Below are positions 14,046 to 27,160 of a DNA stretch of 64,000 nucleotides, in pieces. Made by a program: the position numbers and the translations under genes. The DNA comes from Macrostomum hystrix. Its lineage: Eukaryota > Animalia > Platyhelminthes. The first letter of the stretch is position 1, and every line of letters starts with the position of its first letter. The DNA lies in the NCBI GenBank assembly GCA_950097015.1, contig CATNEN010000038.1, positions 23,994,001 to 24,058,000 on the forward strand, in the 5' to 3' direction. The notes beneath the pieces are model-generated. The model was given only the letters and a program-made list of their open reading frames with translations. It ran no database searches and was not told where the DNA came from.

Positions 14046-15049
14046 TCTCACCTCACTGCTCAGGTAATCCGTCCTTTATACACTGGCGTATCCTAATAAA
14101 CAGGTGCTTTAATCACTAGAATATCTTATTAATTATTGATGAATTTTTCAGTCATGACGAGACCGCAAAATTCATTATCTTTGTTCGAACGACGTAGCGA
14201 CAGGATATTGCTTCGTGTAAGAGTACCGTTGGGAGTTAGAGGAAGACAAAATATTTCAGGTAGGCTTGTTCTGACAGGTAGCAATTTCCGTTGGGAAGAA
14301 ACTGATCAGTTAGTCTTACTGACTGAAAATGTATTACATTGACATTACAAGTTGAGAAAAGCGGATAGAAGAGACGATGAGAATCTGAGTAGACGGACAC
14401 TAATTTAGAGACTCACAAAAGAAATACTCAATGCATAGATGGACACCCAGGAAATACATTCAGAAAATACACACAGAAACGATACCAAGAAAAGAGTGAC
14501 ATGACACCAGAAAAGACACCCAGAAAAGACAGACACCCAGAGAAGACAGGCACCCAGAGAAGACAGGCACCCAGAAAGGACAATGACAGAATACAGATCG
14601 TCGGAAAAAATGCAGAGACATTGCAGACAGGCAGAAGACAGACAAGTAACCTAATTTAGTGTCCAACAAAAGTACAATCAAGCAACCCTAGCAGAATTTC
14701 GCATCTGTACAGAAGTATAGGCTTATAAAGTAGACGTAAAATGTAATAATCAAAGCAATCTGGCCGATAAAAGTACAGGCTATTCATGTTTTGCATGCTC
14801 TTAAACTGAAATCAAGCAAATGCAGCCGAATGAAATTTTTGTTCATCCAACACAAAAGTGCAAACGCCCGTTCAGAAGCTGCCTCATTAGAGACCATCTA
14901 CTCGTTATGGAAGTTTTATTTTCAAGTATTCCAACTGAGTCAGTTCGCAAAACTTAAAGCACCGTGTGAAATTTTTTGAATTGGATTCTTCAATTCTTGA
15001 AAATAAAAAAAGCACGATGAACATACGAGAGTTGTAGGAGAAATCGTTC

Positions 15050-15650
15050 GAGAGAGGCTAGGAGAGATGGTAAGATAGAGGCTAGGAGAGATGGTAATAT
15101 AGAGGCTAGGAGAGATGGTAATATAGAGGCTAGGAGAGATGGTAAGATAGAGGCTAGGAGAGATGGTAAGATAGAGGCTAGGAGAGATGGTAATATAGAG
15201 GCTAGGAGAGATGGTAAGATAGAGGCTAGGAGAGATGGTAATATAGAGGCTAGGAGAGATGGTAAGATAGAGGCTAGGAGAGATGGTAATATAGAGGCTA
15301 GGAGAGATGGTAATATAGAGGCTAGGAGAGATGGTAAGATAGAGGCTAGGAGAGATAGTAAGATAGAGGCTAGGAGAGATGGTAAGATAGAGGCTAGGAG
15401 AGATGGTAAGATAGAGGCTAGGAGAGAGGGTAGGAGAGAGGGTAGGAGAGCGGTAGGAGAGCGGTAGGAGAGAGGGTAGTAGAGAGGGTAGGTGAGCGGT
15501 AGGAGAGCGGTAGGAGAGAGGGTAGTAGAGAGGGTAGGAGAGCGGTAGGAGAGCGGGTAGGGGATAGGGTAGTAGAGAGGGTAGGAGAGAGGGTCGGAAA
15601 GAGGTAGTAGAGAGAGTAGAAGAGGTTGAGGGATAGTAGGATAGAGGGTA
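15050..15650. repeat. 24 bp minisatellite (AGAGGCTAGGAGAGATGGTAAGAT)n decaying into a ~12 bp purine repeat
   Basis: GGAG at 15061 and 15085. Confidence 0.92.
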
Positions 15651-16144
15651 TTAAGGCGGGTGCAGTCCTTACTTTCTCCCTAGAAAAGCAACCTAGTCAT
15701 GTCAGTTATGCAGCAAAAAGTGCATCGAGCCATAGACAGCCAGACGCTGCCAGCGATGATTTGTGCCCAACATCAGAAGTTTTCAATCGCTCGTCACTTT
15801 GACTGACAATGAGTGGGATTTCATAGTTTTTACGACTCCCTTGACTAGTTGATTCCAATCTGACAGGTCAAAGCTTGTAGTCGGCGAAATTCGCCACTTG
15901 TTGAAATCTGATATAGACAAAGCCATCTTCTGTTGCTGATTTGCCATTAACAAACTGTCATTCAATATTCGGCATGCAGATAGGCAAAATAACTGCATCC
16001 GTAATCAGAGCCGCGGCAGTGATTTAATGTCAAACTGACGGGACAGTTTAGACACGGTAGGATTAAGCTAGCAACCAATGCCAGGAGCAGATATAACATA
16101 TGACAGGTGGTCTGCTGATCTTTTGTTGATTAATCAGTTAATCA

Positions 16145-18160
16145 CTCCCGTGTCTAATCTCTCCCGTGTCTCATCTCTCCCGTGTCTCATCTCTCCCGTG
16201 TCCCATCTCTCCCGTGTCTCATCTCTAACGTGTCTCATCTCTGACGTGTCTCATCTCTCTCGTGTCTCATCTCTCCCGTGTCTCATCTCTCCTGTGTCTC
16301 ATCTCTCCTGTGTCTAATCTCTCCCGTGTCTCATCTTTCCCGTGTCTCATCTCTTCCATGTCTCTCTTCCATGTCTCATTTCTAACGAGTCTCATCCCTC
16401 CCGTGTCTAAACTCTCCCGTGTCTCATCCCTCCCGTCTCTAATCTCTCCCGTGTCTCATCTCTCTTCTGTCTCATCTCTCCCGTGTCTCATCTCTCCCGT
16501 GTCTCATTTCTCCCGTGTCTCATCTCTCCCGTGTCTCATCTCTCCCGTGTCTCATCTCTCTTCTGTCTCATCTCTCCCGTGTCTCATCTCTCCCGTGTCT
16601 CATCTCTTCCATGTCTCTCTTCTATGTCTCATTTCTAACGTGTCTCATCCCTCCCGTGTCTAATCTCTCCTGTGTCTCATCTCTCTTCTGTCTCATCTCT
16701 CCCGTGTCTTATCTCTCCCGTGTCTCATCTCTTCCATGTCTCTCTTCCATGTCTCATTTCTAACGTGTCTCATCCCTCCCGTGTCTAATCTCTCCTGTGT
16801 CTCATCTCTCCCGTGTCTCATCTCTCCCGTGTCTCATCTCTCCCGTGTCTCATCTCTCCCGTGTCTCATCTCTCCTGTGTCTCATCTCTCCCGTGTCTCA
16901 TCTCTCCCGTGTCTCGTCTCTAACGTGTCTCATCTCTCCCGTGTCTCATCTCTCCCGTGTCTCATCTCTCCCGTGTCTCATCTCTCTCGTGTCTCATCTC
17001 TCCCGTGTCTCATCTCTCCCGTGTCTCATCTCTCCCGTGTCTCGTCTCTAACGTGTCTCATCTCTCCCGTGTCTCATTTCTCCCGTGTCTCATCTCTCCC
17101 GTGTCTCATCTCTCCCGTGTCTCATCTCTCCCGTGTCTCATCTCTCCCGTGTCTCATCTCTCTCGTGTCTCATCTCTCCCGTGTCTCATCTCTCCCGTGT
17201 CTCATCTCTCCCGTGTCTCATCCCTTCCGTGTCTAATCTCTCCTGTGTCTCATCTCTCCCATGTCTCGTCTCTAACGTGTCTCATCTCTGACGTGTCTCA
17301 TCTCTCTCGTGTCTCATCTCTCCCGTGTCTCATCTCTCCTGTGTCTCATCTCTAACGTGTATCATCTCTGACGTTTCTCATCTCTCTCGTGTCTCATCTC
17401 TCGTGTCTCATCTCTCCCGTGTCTTATCTCTCCTGTGTCTCATCTCTCCTGTGTCTCATCTCCTTTGTGTCTCATCTCTCCCGTGTCTCATCTCTCCCGT
17501 GTCTCATCTCTCCTGTGTCTCATCTCTCCCGTGTCTCATCTCTCCCGTGTCTCGTCTCTAACGTGTCTCATCTCTCCCGTGTCTCATCTCTCCCGTGTCT
17601 CATCTCTCCCGTGTCTCATCTCTCTCGTGTCTCATCTCTCCCGTGTCTCATCTCTCCCGTGTCTCATCTCTCCCGTGTCTCGTCTCTAACGTGTCTCATC
17701 TCTCCCGTGTCTCATTTCTCCCGTGTCTCATCTCTCCCGTGTCTCATCTCTCCCGTGTCTCATCTCTCCCGTGTCTCATCTCTCCCGTGTCTCATCTCTC
17801 TCGTGTCTCATCTCTCCCGTGTCTCATCTCTCCCGTGTCTCATCTCTCCCGTGTCTCATCCCTTCCGTGTCTAATCTCTCCTGTGTCTCATCTCTCCCAT
17901 GTCTCGTCTCTAACGTGTCTCATCTCTGACGTGTCTCATCTCTCTCGTGTCTCATCTCTCCCGTGTCTCATCTCTCCTGTGTCTCATCTCTAACGTGTAT
18001 CATCTCTGACGTTTCTCATCTCTCTCGTGTCTCATCTCTCGTGTCTCATCTCTCCCGTGTCTTATCTCTCCTGTGTCTCATCTCTCCTGTGTCTCATCTC
18101 CTTTGTGTCTCATCTCTCCTGTGTCTCATCTCTCCTGTGTCTCATCTCTCTTGTGTCTCA
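16145..18160. repeat. 16 bp minisatellite (GTGTCTCATCTCTCCC)n with a 638-bp higher-order duplication
   Basis: Periodicity; matching ORF translations offset by 638 nt (e.g. 16957/17595, 17085/17723). Confidence 0.95.
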
Positions 18161-18730
18161 TTTCTTCAGTGTTCAAACCAGATACTATTTTACAGGAAAG
18201 TATCTTACCGAAGCGGCAGATTTCACGCAAAAAACTGGTTGAAGTGTTCGAGCGTATAGTGCCTTCTATCGGAGAGATAAACTTGTAGAATTATATTTGA
18301 ACTCTACAAGTGCAGCTGTGGCCAGCATGTCTATGTGGTCTCGCATATACACAGGGACATAATACTCCTAGAACTGAATTATGTCTACAGCACTATCTTA
18401 CGAATTCCGCTCTGTGGAGCTAAAAAAACAACTTTCCAATATCAAAGTGGACGAGATGGCGACATATTCCATATTGGCAGACGTTATACAAGTAATATCC
18501 CAATGGGATTCGGCTGCGCTGACTTCATGCCCGCTCGGAGACAGTTGTTGCGACAGAATTCTAAAAGGTCGATCCCACAGACTGTACCAGAGTTGAGTTG
18601 AAACCAAAGAAGAGACTTGATAAAATCTGACACCAAGCAGATTTCTGCAGGTGTACCAAGCTTGAATTCACGGTGAGGTTACAATCGTTTAGGGTGTAGC
18701 CGCGGAGAGAAGGCTTTGAGAGTGTACCTT

Positions 18731-19032
18731 TATTAATATTTGATTACACCTGCCCCAATATGACCAGTTGTGCAGCCAACAGCACAGCCGCAGCTATTGC
18801 GCGGCGCATCTGAAGGCTGCGTACGGCTGTTCAGTCCATGGACTGGGGGGACGCCACACCCACCTTCAATTATCCCAGCTGATGCTGGTAACCATTGGCA
18901 GTTGGGTGCAATTCAACTTAACTGTCTTATCAGAGGACACAAATTGTTCCTGTGGAGTCGGGAATCGAATCCCCGACCTCAAAGTCGTGAGTCCGACTTT
19001 GAGTCCGACTCTAACCCCTAGGCTACTACCTC
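18731..19032 (-). mobile_element. tRNA-derived SINE family B (CORE-like)
   Basis: B-box GATTCGATTCC; body identical in blocks to 48030-48300 (GGCGTCCCCCAGTCCATGGACTGAACAG...GGGGCAGGTG); AT-rich tail. Confidence 0.8.
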
Positions 19033-19077
19033 GTCTAAACTTTTAGAGCATTGGAATCTTTAATAATAACAATAACA

Positions 19078-19430
19078 TTTGCAGGAGGGCTGTGGGCAAT
19101 GGAACATCATTTGTTGTCACTAGACCCGCACCCACGAGGGGGCAATTCTGCCCATTTCGCTAAATCCTGAGCACACGCGCACACCGATACTGAACTCAGA
19201 CACACGCTCACACAAGTGTGTACATCTGCCCTGACTTTCTCATTGCCAGGCAATGTACACTCGCACTGTGCCTTGGAGGTTGGCACTTAAGGGCGCTAAA
19301 ATGCACGACAAGCCCCCAAGCCTTCTCTCCGCGGCTGCTCCCTCCAAATGAATGTGGCCTCGCCGCGGAATCGAGCATAGGGATCTTGGTGCGAGAGGAA
19401 AACGCTTTAGAAGTTTAGACCACTCACCCC
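19078..19430 (-). mobile_element. SINE family A, near full-length copy
   Basis: Reverse complement aligns by eye to 11048-11400. Confidence 0.85.
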
Positions 19431-19599
19431 CATGACAATGAGAAAGTCAGCGCATATGATCCGGCTGCTGGTCAAGTGTTCCCCAAGCTAAACTTATTCA
19501 GCTCGCAGCATTGTGAAGACAGTTTACTTAAAATATAGTAATTTAATTGAATCAATCGAAAATCCAGAGACAGAGATTCCTTTGCTCTTCAAATCGCAG

Positions 19600-20772
19600 A
19601 TCAATGTGATCAGCTTCACCACCAGCAAATTCGTCAACAACGACTGCGTCCATGTGGCCGCCCCGCTAGCCGAGGACAATTCAAACGCTCGGCACACCTT
19701 TAATCAGGACGACTTCGACGCCTGTCTAGGCAAGTACATCGAAGACGAAGTGATTCGTGACTGCGGCTGCACTCAGCAGCTCGAGCTCGCCGAGAGCAGC
19801 TCGCCCAACGGCACTGAAGTGCCGCTCTGCTTTCGCGTGCACTGGAACAACCTCAGCCTCACGGAGCGTCGGTTAAAGTGCAGCCTGTACGGCGGCAGAT
19901 TCCTGGAAAGCTTCATCTCCGCCGCCAAGCGATGCCCCCGGCCCTGCCAGAGTATTGTGTACGAAACGAACCTAATTCAGAGCGAGAATGCCGCCTCAGA
20001 GTGGCAGCGCTGCTGGTACATGGGAGCCTATATGGACACCAGCATTCGACCCCAGGAGCGAGAGGACCAGATGGCCAGATTTCTGCGCGCAGATCCGACA
20101 AATTTTGACTCCCGCGCCTGCAGGCGGCCCTGGTACTCCGGCCTGCCCTACGTTATGCTGAAAATTGTCCGGCAAGATTTCACAACTCGAACCTACAATG
20201 AGACTCTGGTTCTGACCTCGACGGCTCTGTTTGCTCAGGTGGGCGCCGCCTTAGCCTTCTACCTGGGCTTGACGCTCACCTTTGCCGCCGAGATTGTCGA
20301 CCTTCTGCTGCGCCTCATCGGTTTGGCTTCCAACGACTGCGGACGGAGGCGGCAACAGAGACGAAAGGATTTCAAATTGCGCCTTCAGCAGAAGCATCAA
20401 CGGCGCGACGAGCAGAAGCTGCAGAGTGTTCAGGCTGAGCAGCCGCTGTGCCAGCAGCAACAGCAGCAGCAGCACCGGACAGCCTGTATGGACTGTTCCA
20501 GATTGGCTAGGCTGCAAGGTCTCAACGAGGACTTTGATAAGTTGCAGCAACAGCAGCAGCTGGAAGACGGTGGTCTAAACGGCGCGAGGTCATCACCAGA
20601 CGGCAACTTGTGCATCATCAACGCCCGACTGGCAGGCATCGCCGAGGAGTCGACATCGACGCCTCCGTCCACACCGCCGTCGTTCACCAATTATTCATCG
20701 TCCAGTCGACGACGATCTGGCGTTGAAATGCGCAGCGTGGCCACCTTGACGAATCGGGAAGGCTATGTGTGA
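19600..20772 (+). CDS. DEG/ENaC channel, exon 3 (Cys-rich thumb, TM2, polyQ C-tail)
   Basis: Acceptor TCGCAG|ATC; CLGKY...DCGC...CPRPC..Y pattern; TM2 LFAQVGAALAFYLGLTLTFAAEIVD; stop TGA at 20770-20772. Confidence 0.88.
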   Translation: MNVISFTTSKFVNNDCVHVAAPLAEDNSNARHTFNQDDFDACLGKYIEDEVIRDCGCTQQLELAESSSPNGTEVPLCFRVHWNNLSLTERRLKCSLYGGRFLESFISAAKRCPRPCQSIVYETNLIQSENAASEWQRCWYMGAYMDTSIRPQEREDQMARFLRADPTNFDSRACRRPWYSGLPYVMLKIVRQDFTTRTYNETLVLTSTALFAQVGAALAFYLGLTLTFAAEIVDLLLRLIGLASNDCGRRRQQRRKDFKLRLQQKHQRRDEQKLQSVQAEQPLCQQQQQQQHRTACMDCSRLARLQGLNEDFDKLQQQQQLEDGGLNGARSSPDGNLCIINARLAGIAEESTSTPPSTPPSFTNYSSSSRRRSGVEMRSVATLTNREGYV

Positions 20773-20927
20773 TGATTTCTAAAACCTGCCGCGGGTGTCC
20801 CCTCGTACTCGAGGAAGTCAAACAAAAAGTCCTACACATTCTAAGCATATCAATTTCTATGTTGTGAGTTACATAATTAATGTAATAATAGCGACTTTAT
20901 TGTCGCTAAGCTAAACTTTCAATAGTG

Positions 20928-21228
20928 CATCACTTGGTGACACTAGACCCGCAGCCAGCTAGGAGGCAACTCGCTGACTCCTGGGCACACGTACAAATAT
21001 ATGTACGCAGGCACAGGTGTGTACATCCGCGCTGACTTTCTCATCGTCAGGCAGTGTACACTCTAACTGTGTCTTGGAGGTTGGCCCTCAAAGGTGTGAA
21101 TTGCACGACAAGCCACCAAGCCTTCTCTCCGCGGCTGCACCCAAAATGAATGTGGCCTCGCCGCGGAATCGAGCTTAGGGACCTTGGTGCGAGAGGAAAA
21201 CGCGTTAACCACTTTGCCACCGACACCC
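20928..21228 (-). mobile_element. SINE family A copy, just downstream of the ENaC stop
   Basis: Same head and body as the other copies. Confidence 0.85.
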
Positions 21229-22066
21229 CTTTATAAATTACATTGGTTTGTACAGTTTGAGAAGTGTATTTTGTTTTTTTATGTCAATTAATATTTCTAG
21301 AATAATAAAGTAGTCGATTATTGTCGCTAAGCTAAACTTTGATCGTTACTAAACAATCTTGCTTAGGTAGAAGCGATTTCCACTGCCGTCTCGTCTCCAT
21401 GGAGATGACACATCTGCGTGGCTACCTAACTAAAACCACTAGCAATCAGTTTTTCTGCTATCTAGTTTCAATAAAGAATTGAATAATAAAATTCATTGTA
21501 TAGTTACTTCCGGTTCTAGATTGCTCGTCTGTGTAATGCGTGTGTCTTATTATCTGCTTAAAGTACCCAATTTATTGTGTTTTTCTTAGCTAATATTTTG
21601 CGCTAGAAACAAATAATTTTTAAAGTCCTAAAATTGTTGAATTTACTCGTACGTAAAGACTGGCGATTTCTTCTTTTGCTGAATTTCCTTTGCAAAGTGC
21701 GATCGATCGACTAAGACTGAATATTCCCCTTTACTAATATGGAAATATAATCCCATTTGGTATTTGGCAACAGTTGCGCCATTGAATTATTGAAAATTAT
21801 TTACGGTTAGAGCAAATGTCTGTTCTGCTCATCCCAGGTTTCTTGATATACTGGAACTGATTAAAAAAATACTTTACTCGTGAAATCGATTTCGTAAGAA
21901 CGAGCTAAGGGGCAGACGGTGTTAAAAATGTATGATCTTTTTTATTCTTTCTTCTAAAAGGACTACAAATTACACTTGTGAACTACACTCAAAGAATTTA
22001 CACAATAAAATGTGTTTTACAAATATCTGTGAATAATGTTCTGAAAAAATATGAAAACGCATTATA

Positions 22067-25000
22067 GTGGATTGCTAGTCTATTCCTACAGATGAATGAA
22101 ATGGAATGGATTGCTAGTCTATTCCTACAGATGAATGAAATGGAATGGATTGCTAGTCTATTCCTACAGATGAATGAAATGGTATGGATTGCTAGTCTAT
22201 TCCTACAGATGAATGTAATGGTATGGATTGCTAGTCTATTCCTACAGATGAATGAAATGGAATGGATTGCTAGTCTATTCCTACAGATGAATGAAATGGA
22301 ATGGATTGCTAGTCTATTCCTACAGATGAATGAAATGGAATGGATTGCTAGTCTATTCCTACAGATGAATGAAATGGAATGGATTGCTAGTCTATTCCTA
22401 CAGATGAATGTAATGGAATGGATTGCTAGTCTATTCCTACAGATGAATGAAATGGAATGGATTGCTAGTCTATTCCTACAGATGAATGAAATGGAATCGA
22501 TTGCTAGTCTATTCCTACAGATGAATGTAATGGAATGGATTGCTAGTCTATTCCTACAGATGAATGAAATGGAATGGATTGCTAGTCTATTCCTACAGAT
22601 GAATGAAATGGAATGGATTGCTAGTCTATTCCTACAGATGAATGAAATGGAATGGATTGCTAGTCTATTCCTACAGATGAATGAAATGGAATGGATTGCT
22701 AGTCTATTCCTACAGATTAATAAACTGGAATCGATTGCTAGTCTATTCCTACAGATGAATGAAATGGAATGGATTGCTAGTCTATTCCTACAGATGAATG
22801 AACTGGAATGGATTGCTAGTCTATTCCTACAGATGAATAAACTGGAATCGATTGCTAGTCTATTCCTACAGATGAATGAAATGGAATGGATTGCTAGTCT
22901 ATTCCTACAGATGAATGTAATGGTATGGATTGCTAGTCTATTCCTACAGATGAATGAAATGGAATGGATTGCTAGTCTATTCCTACAGATGAATGAAATG
23001 GAATGGATTGCTAGTCTATTCCTACAGATGAATGAAATGGAATGGATTACTAGTCTATTCCTACAGATGAATGAAATGGAATGGATTGCTAGTCTATTCC
23101 TACAGATGAATGAAATGGAATGGATTGCTAGTCTATTCCTACAGATGAATGAAATGCAATGGATTGCTAGTCTATTCCTACAGATGAATGAAATGGAATG
23201 GATTGCTAGTCTATTCCTACAGATGAATGAAATGGTATGGATTGCTAGTCTATTCCTACAGATGAATGAAATGGAATGGATTGCTAGTCTATTCCTACAG
23301 ATGAATGAAATGGAATGGATTGCTAGTCTATTCCTACAGATGAATGAAATGGAATGGATTGCTAGTCTATTCCTACAGATTAATAAACTGGAATCGATTG
23401 CTAGTCTATTCCTACAGATGAATGAAATGGAATGGATTGCTAGTCTATTCCTACAGATGAATGAAATGGAATGGATTGCTAGTCTATTCCTACAGATGAA
23501 TAAACTGGAATGGATTACTAGTCTATTCCTACAGATGAATGAAATGGAATGGATTGCTAGTCTATTCCTACAGATGAATAAACTGGAATGGATTGCTAGT
23601 CTATTCCTACAGATGAATGTAATGCAATGGATTGCTAGTCTATTCCTACAGATGAATGAACTGGAATGGATTACTAGTCTATTCCTACAGATGAATGAAA
23701 TGGAATGGATTGCTAGTCTATTCCTACAGATGAATGAAATGGAATGGATTGCTAGTCTATTCCTACAGATGAATGAAATGGAATGGATTGCTAGTCTATT
23801 CCTACAGATGAATAAACTGGAATGGATTGCTAGTCTATTCCTACAGATGAATGTAATGGTATGGATTGCTAGTCTATTCCTACAGATGAATGTAATGGAA
23901 TGGATTGCTAGTCTATTCCTACAGATGAATAAACTGGAATCGATTGCTAGTCTATTCCTACAGATGAATGTAATGGAATGGATTGCTAGTCTATTCCTAC
24001 AGATGAATGAAATGGAATGGATTGCTAGTCTATTCCTACAGATGAATGAAATGCAATGGATTGCTAGTCTATTCCTACAGATGAATGAAATGGAATGGAT
24101 TGCTAGTCTATTCCTACAGATGAATGAAATGGTATGGATTGCTAGTCTATTCCTACAGATGAATGAAATGGAATGGATTGCTAGTCTATTCCTACAGATG
24201 AATAAACTGGAATCGATTGCTAGTCTATTCCTACAGATGAATGTAATGGAATGGATTGCTAGTCTATTCCTACAGATGAATGAAATGGAATGGATTGCTA
24301 GTCTATTCCTACAGATGAATGAAATGCAATGGATTGCTAGTCTATTCCTACAGATGAATGAAATGGTATGGATTGCTAGTCTATTCCTACAGATGAATGT
24401 AATGGTATGGATTGCTAGTCTATTCCTACAGATGAATGTAATGGAATGGATTGCTAGTCTATTCCTACAGATGAATGAAATGGAATGGATTGCTAGTCTA
24501 TTCCTACAGATGAATGAAATGCAATGGATTGCTAGTCTATTCCTACAGATGAATGAAATGGAATGGATTGCTAGTCTATTCCTACAGATGAATGTAATGG
24601 TATGGATTGCTAGTCTATTCCTACAGATGAATGAAATGGAATGGATTGCTAGTCTATTCCTACAGATGAATGTAATGGTATGGATTGCTAGTCTATTCCT
24701 ACAGATGAATGAAATGGAATGGATTGCTAGTCTATTCCTACAGATGAATGAAATGGAATGGATTGCTAGTCTATTCCTACAGATGAATGTAATGGTATGG
24801 ATTGCTAGTCTATTCCTACAGATGAATGAAATGGAATGGATTGCTAGTCTATTCCTACAGATGAATAAACTGGAATGGATTGCTAGTCTATTCCTACAGA
24901 TGAATGAAATGGAATCGATTGCTAGTCTATTCCTACAGATGAATGAAATGGAATGGATTGCTAGTCTATTCCTACAGATGAATGAACTGGAATGGATTGC

Positions 25001-25710
25001 TAGTCTATTCCTACAGATGAATGAAATGGAATGGATTGCTAGTCTATTCCTACAGATGAATGAAATGGAATGGATTGCTAGTCTATTCCTACAGATGAAT
25101 GAAATGAAATGGATTGCTAGTCTATTCCTAAAGATGAATAAAATGGAATCGATTGCTAGTCTATTCCTACAGATGAATAAACTGGAATGGATTGCTAGTC
25201 TATTCCTACAGATGAATAAACTGGAATGGATTGCTAGTCTATTCCTACAGATGAATGAAATGGAACGGATTGCTAGTCTATTCCTACAGATGAATGAAAT
25301 GGAACGGATTGCTAGTCTATTCCTACAGATGAATGAAATGGAATGGATTGCTAGTCTATTCCTACAGATGAATGAAATGGAATGGATTGCTAGTCTATTC
25401 CTACAGATGAATGATATGGAATGGATTGCTAGTCTATTCCTACAGATGAATGAACTGGAATGGATTGCTAGTCTATTCCTACAGATGAATGAAATGGAAT
25501 GGATTGCTAGTCTATTCCTACAGATGAATGAAATGGAATGGATTGCTAGTCTATTCCTACAGATGAATGAAATGAAATGGATTGCTAGTCTATTCCTACA
25601 GATGAATGAAATGGAATCGATTGCTAGTCCATTCCTATAGATGAATGAAATGGACTGGATTGCTAGTCTATTCCTACAGATGAACAAAAAGGAATGAATT
25701 GCTAGTAGAT
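22067..25710. repeat. 39 bp satellite (GAATGGATTGCTAGTCTATTCCTACAGATGAATGAAATG)n, ~93 copies
   Basis: Highly homogeneous periodicity; explains the 1182/1229-aa pseudo-ORFs. Confidence 0.97.
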
Positions 25711-27160
25711 TAGTAGAGATGGATAAAATGAAATTGATTTAAATAAAATGCACTTAAGAACCAGGGAATAAAGTGTCTTGCTTAAGAACAAAGACTTAAT
25801 AATTGTAAATCAATCTAGTTGATTATTAACAATGTCGATTTTATTCTCAAGAAACATATTTTATAGAAACACAGAGAAGTCCACAGTGTTTCGACAGTAA
25901 TATTTACACATATTATAGATACATGAAGTTACAGTTTATCAAATATAGGAACAATATGATGCCAAGTATACGCATAGAAAATGCGTTCATTCATTAATTG
26001 CAATAAATTTCTAATTGAGTATGTAATGAGTGCCGGGCTAATTAAAAATTTAAAATATCAGGTAGGTGTGAGATTACGAAAAGAAGAAGTATTGCACTGA
26101 TCTTTCGTTTAAACAAAACTGCTTTACAATAAATTGTAAAATTGAGATAAAAACTTTAAAGAATAAAAGTGCAGTAATTTTGCTATGCCGCAATGACTTT
26201 AAACAACACAGCTCTTTTACCAAACAGTTTTTGGCAAGTAGGCAAAAGCATTTAGCAAAGTATGAGAAATGGTCAGCGCATTATGTAGATGACTAATTAA
26301 ATTGGTATTGCCGTTTGATAATTCTATATTGGATAAAAAATCTGATTTAACTTCAGATCCTAATCTGAAACTTGTACGTATTTACTCAAAGATTACTCAA
26401 ACGATAGTATTACTAGTTTTGCTGCCGTAGAGATAACTGAAAATTATTAGCTAAAAGTTGAAAGCCATTGCACTATTCGCTCATAAGAGTGCCTTTAGTA
26501 AGAGATGTGAAATGATTAATGAAAGCGCTTAATGCACAGTTTTGATCCTACTGTTGCGGGCGCCTGCTAGACGTAGATAATGCTTCTTCAAACGAAGCTC
26601 TATGGAAATGGGATTATTCGTATCTAAAAACCATCCCCAATCATTTTCTTATCCGACTAGAATTATTCTACAAATCTCCGTCCGGTTTTCGCATACTCTC
26701 TCGATTGCAATTTCATTTTTTCCGATGATGTTTTCTCTACACTACTGATTTGGATGAAAATTACAGTAGTTTAGACACATTTTAACAGTTTTTTCTTACC
26801 GAAAAGCTGGCAAACTCTATAATGAAAATATACTATTCTTTCGACAAACGTCTATGCATCTCGTTCAAGGACCCTATCTATTACACAGAGGACAGATAAC
26901 TCAGCGGAGAGATGAGACAGGGGAGAAGTAAGACGGGAGAGATCAGACAAGGTGAAATATAAGACAGGGGAGAGATAAGACAAGGGAGAGAGGAGACACG
27001 GGAAAGGGTGAGACACGGGATATTAGGGTAGAGGTTTTGGAAATGGCCAGGAGGCCGGATTCCGAAGTTCTGCGAACCGTCGCTGGCCTGAAGAATCGCT
27101 GGCGGAGTCTGATCATAGTCTAACTGATTACCGACACTAGGACGAAAGCCCTTTTCCACA

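Noticed and set aside
12838-18259. Many SHLSPVPSLPC / VSHLSRVSSLPC ORFs (also 34233-38451 and 61364-62489)
   Set aside because: Minisatellite translations
18165-18680. Coding-like unique sequence in ENaC intron 2 (similarly 33480-34130)
   Set aside because: Multiple stops and no recognisable homology; the ENaC and otopetrin models are complete without it
21998-25687. 1229-aa and 1182-aa ORFs on opposite strands
   Set aside because: Translations of a 39-bp (13-codon) satellite; no unique domain or splice context
22067-25710. CRISPR-like constant/variable alternation
   Set aside because: Variable parts are point variants of one sequence, not unique spacers; eukaryotic context and no cas genes
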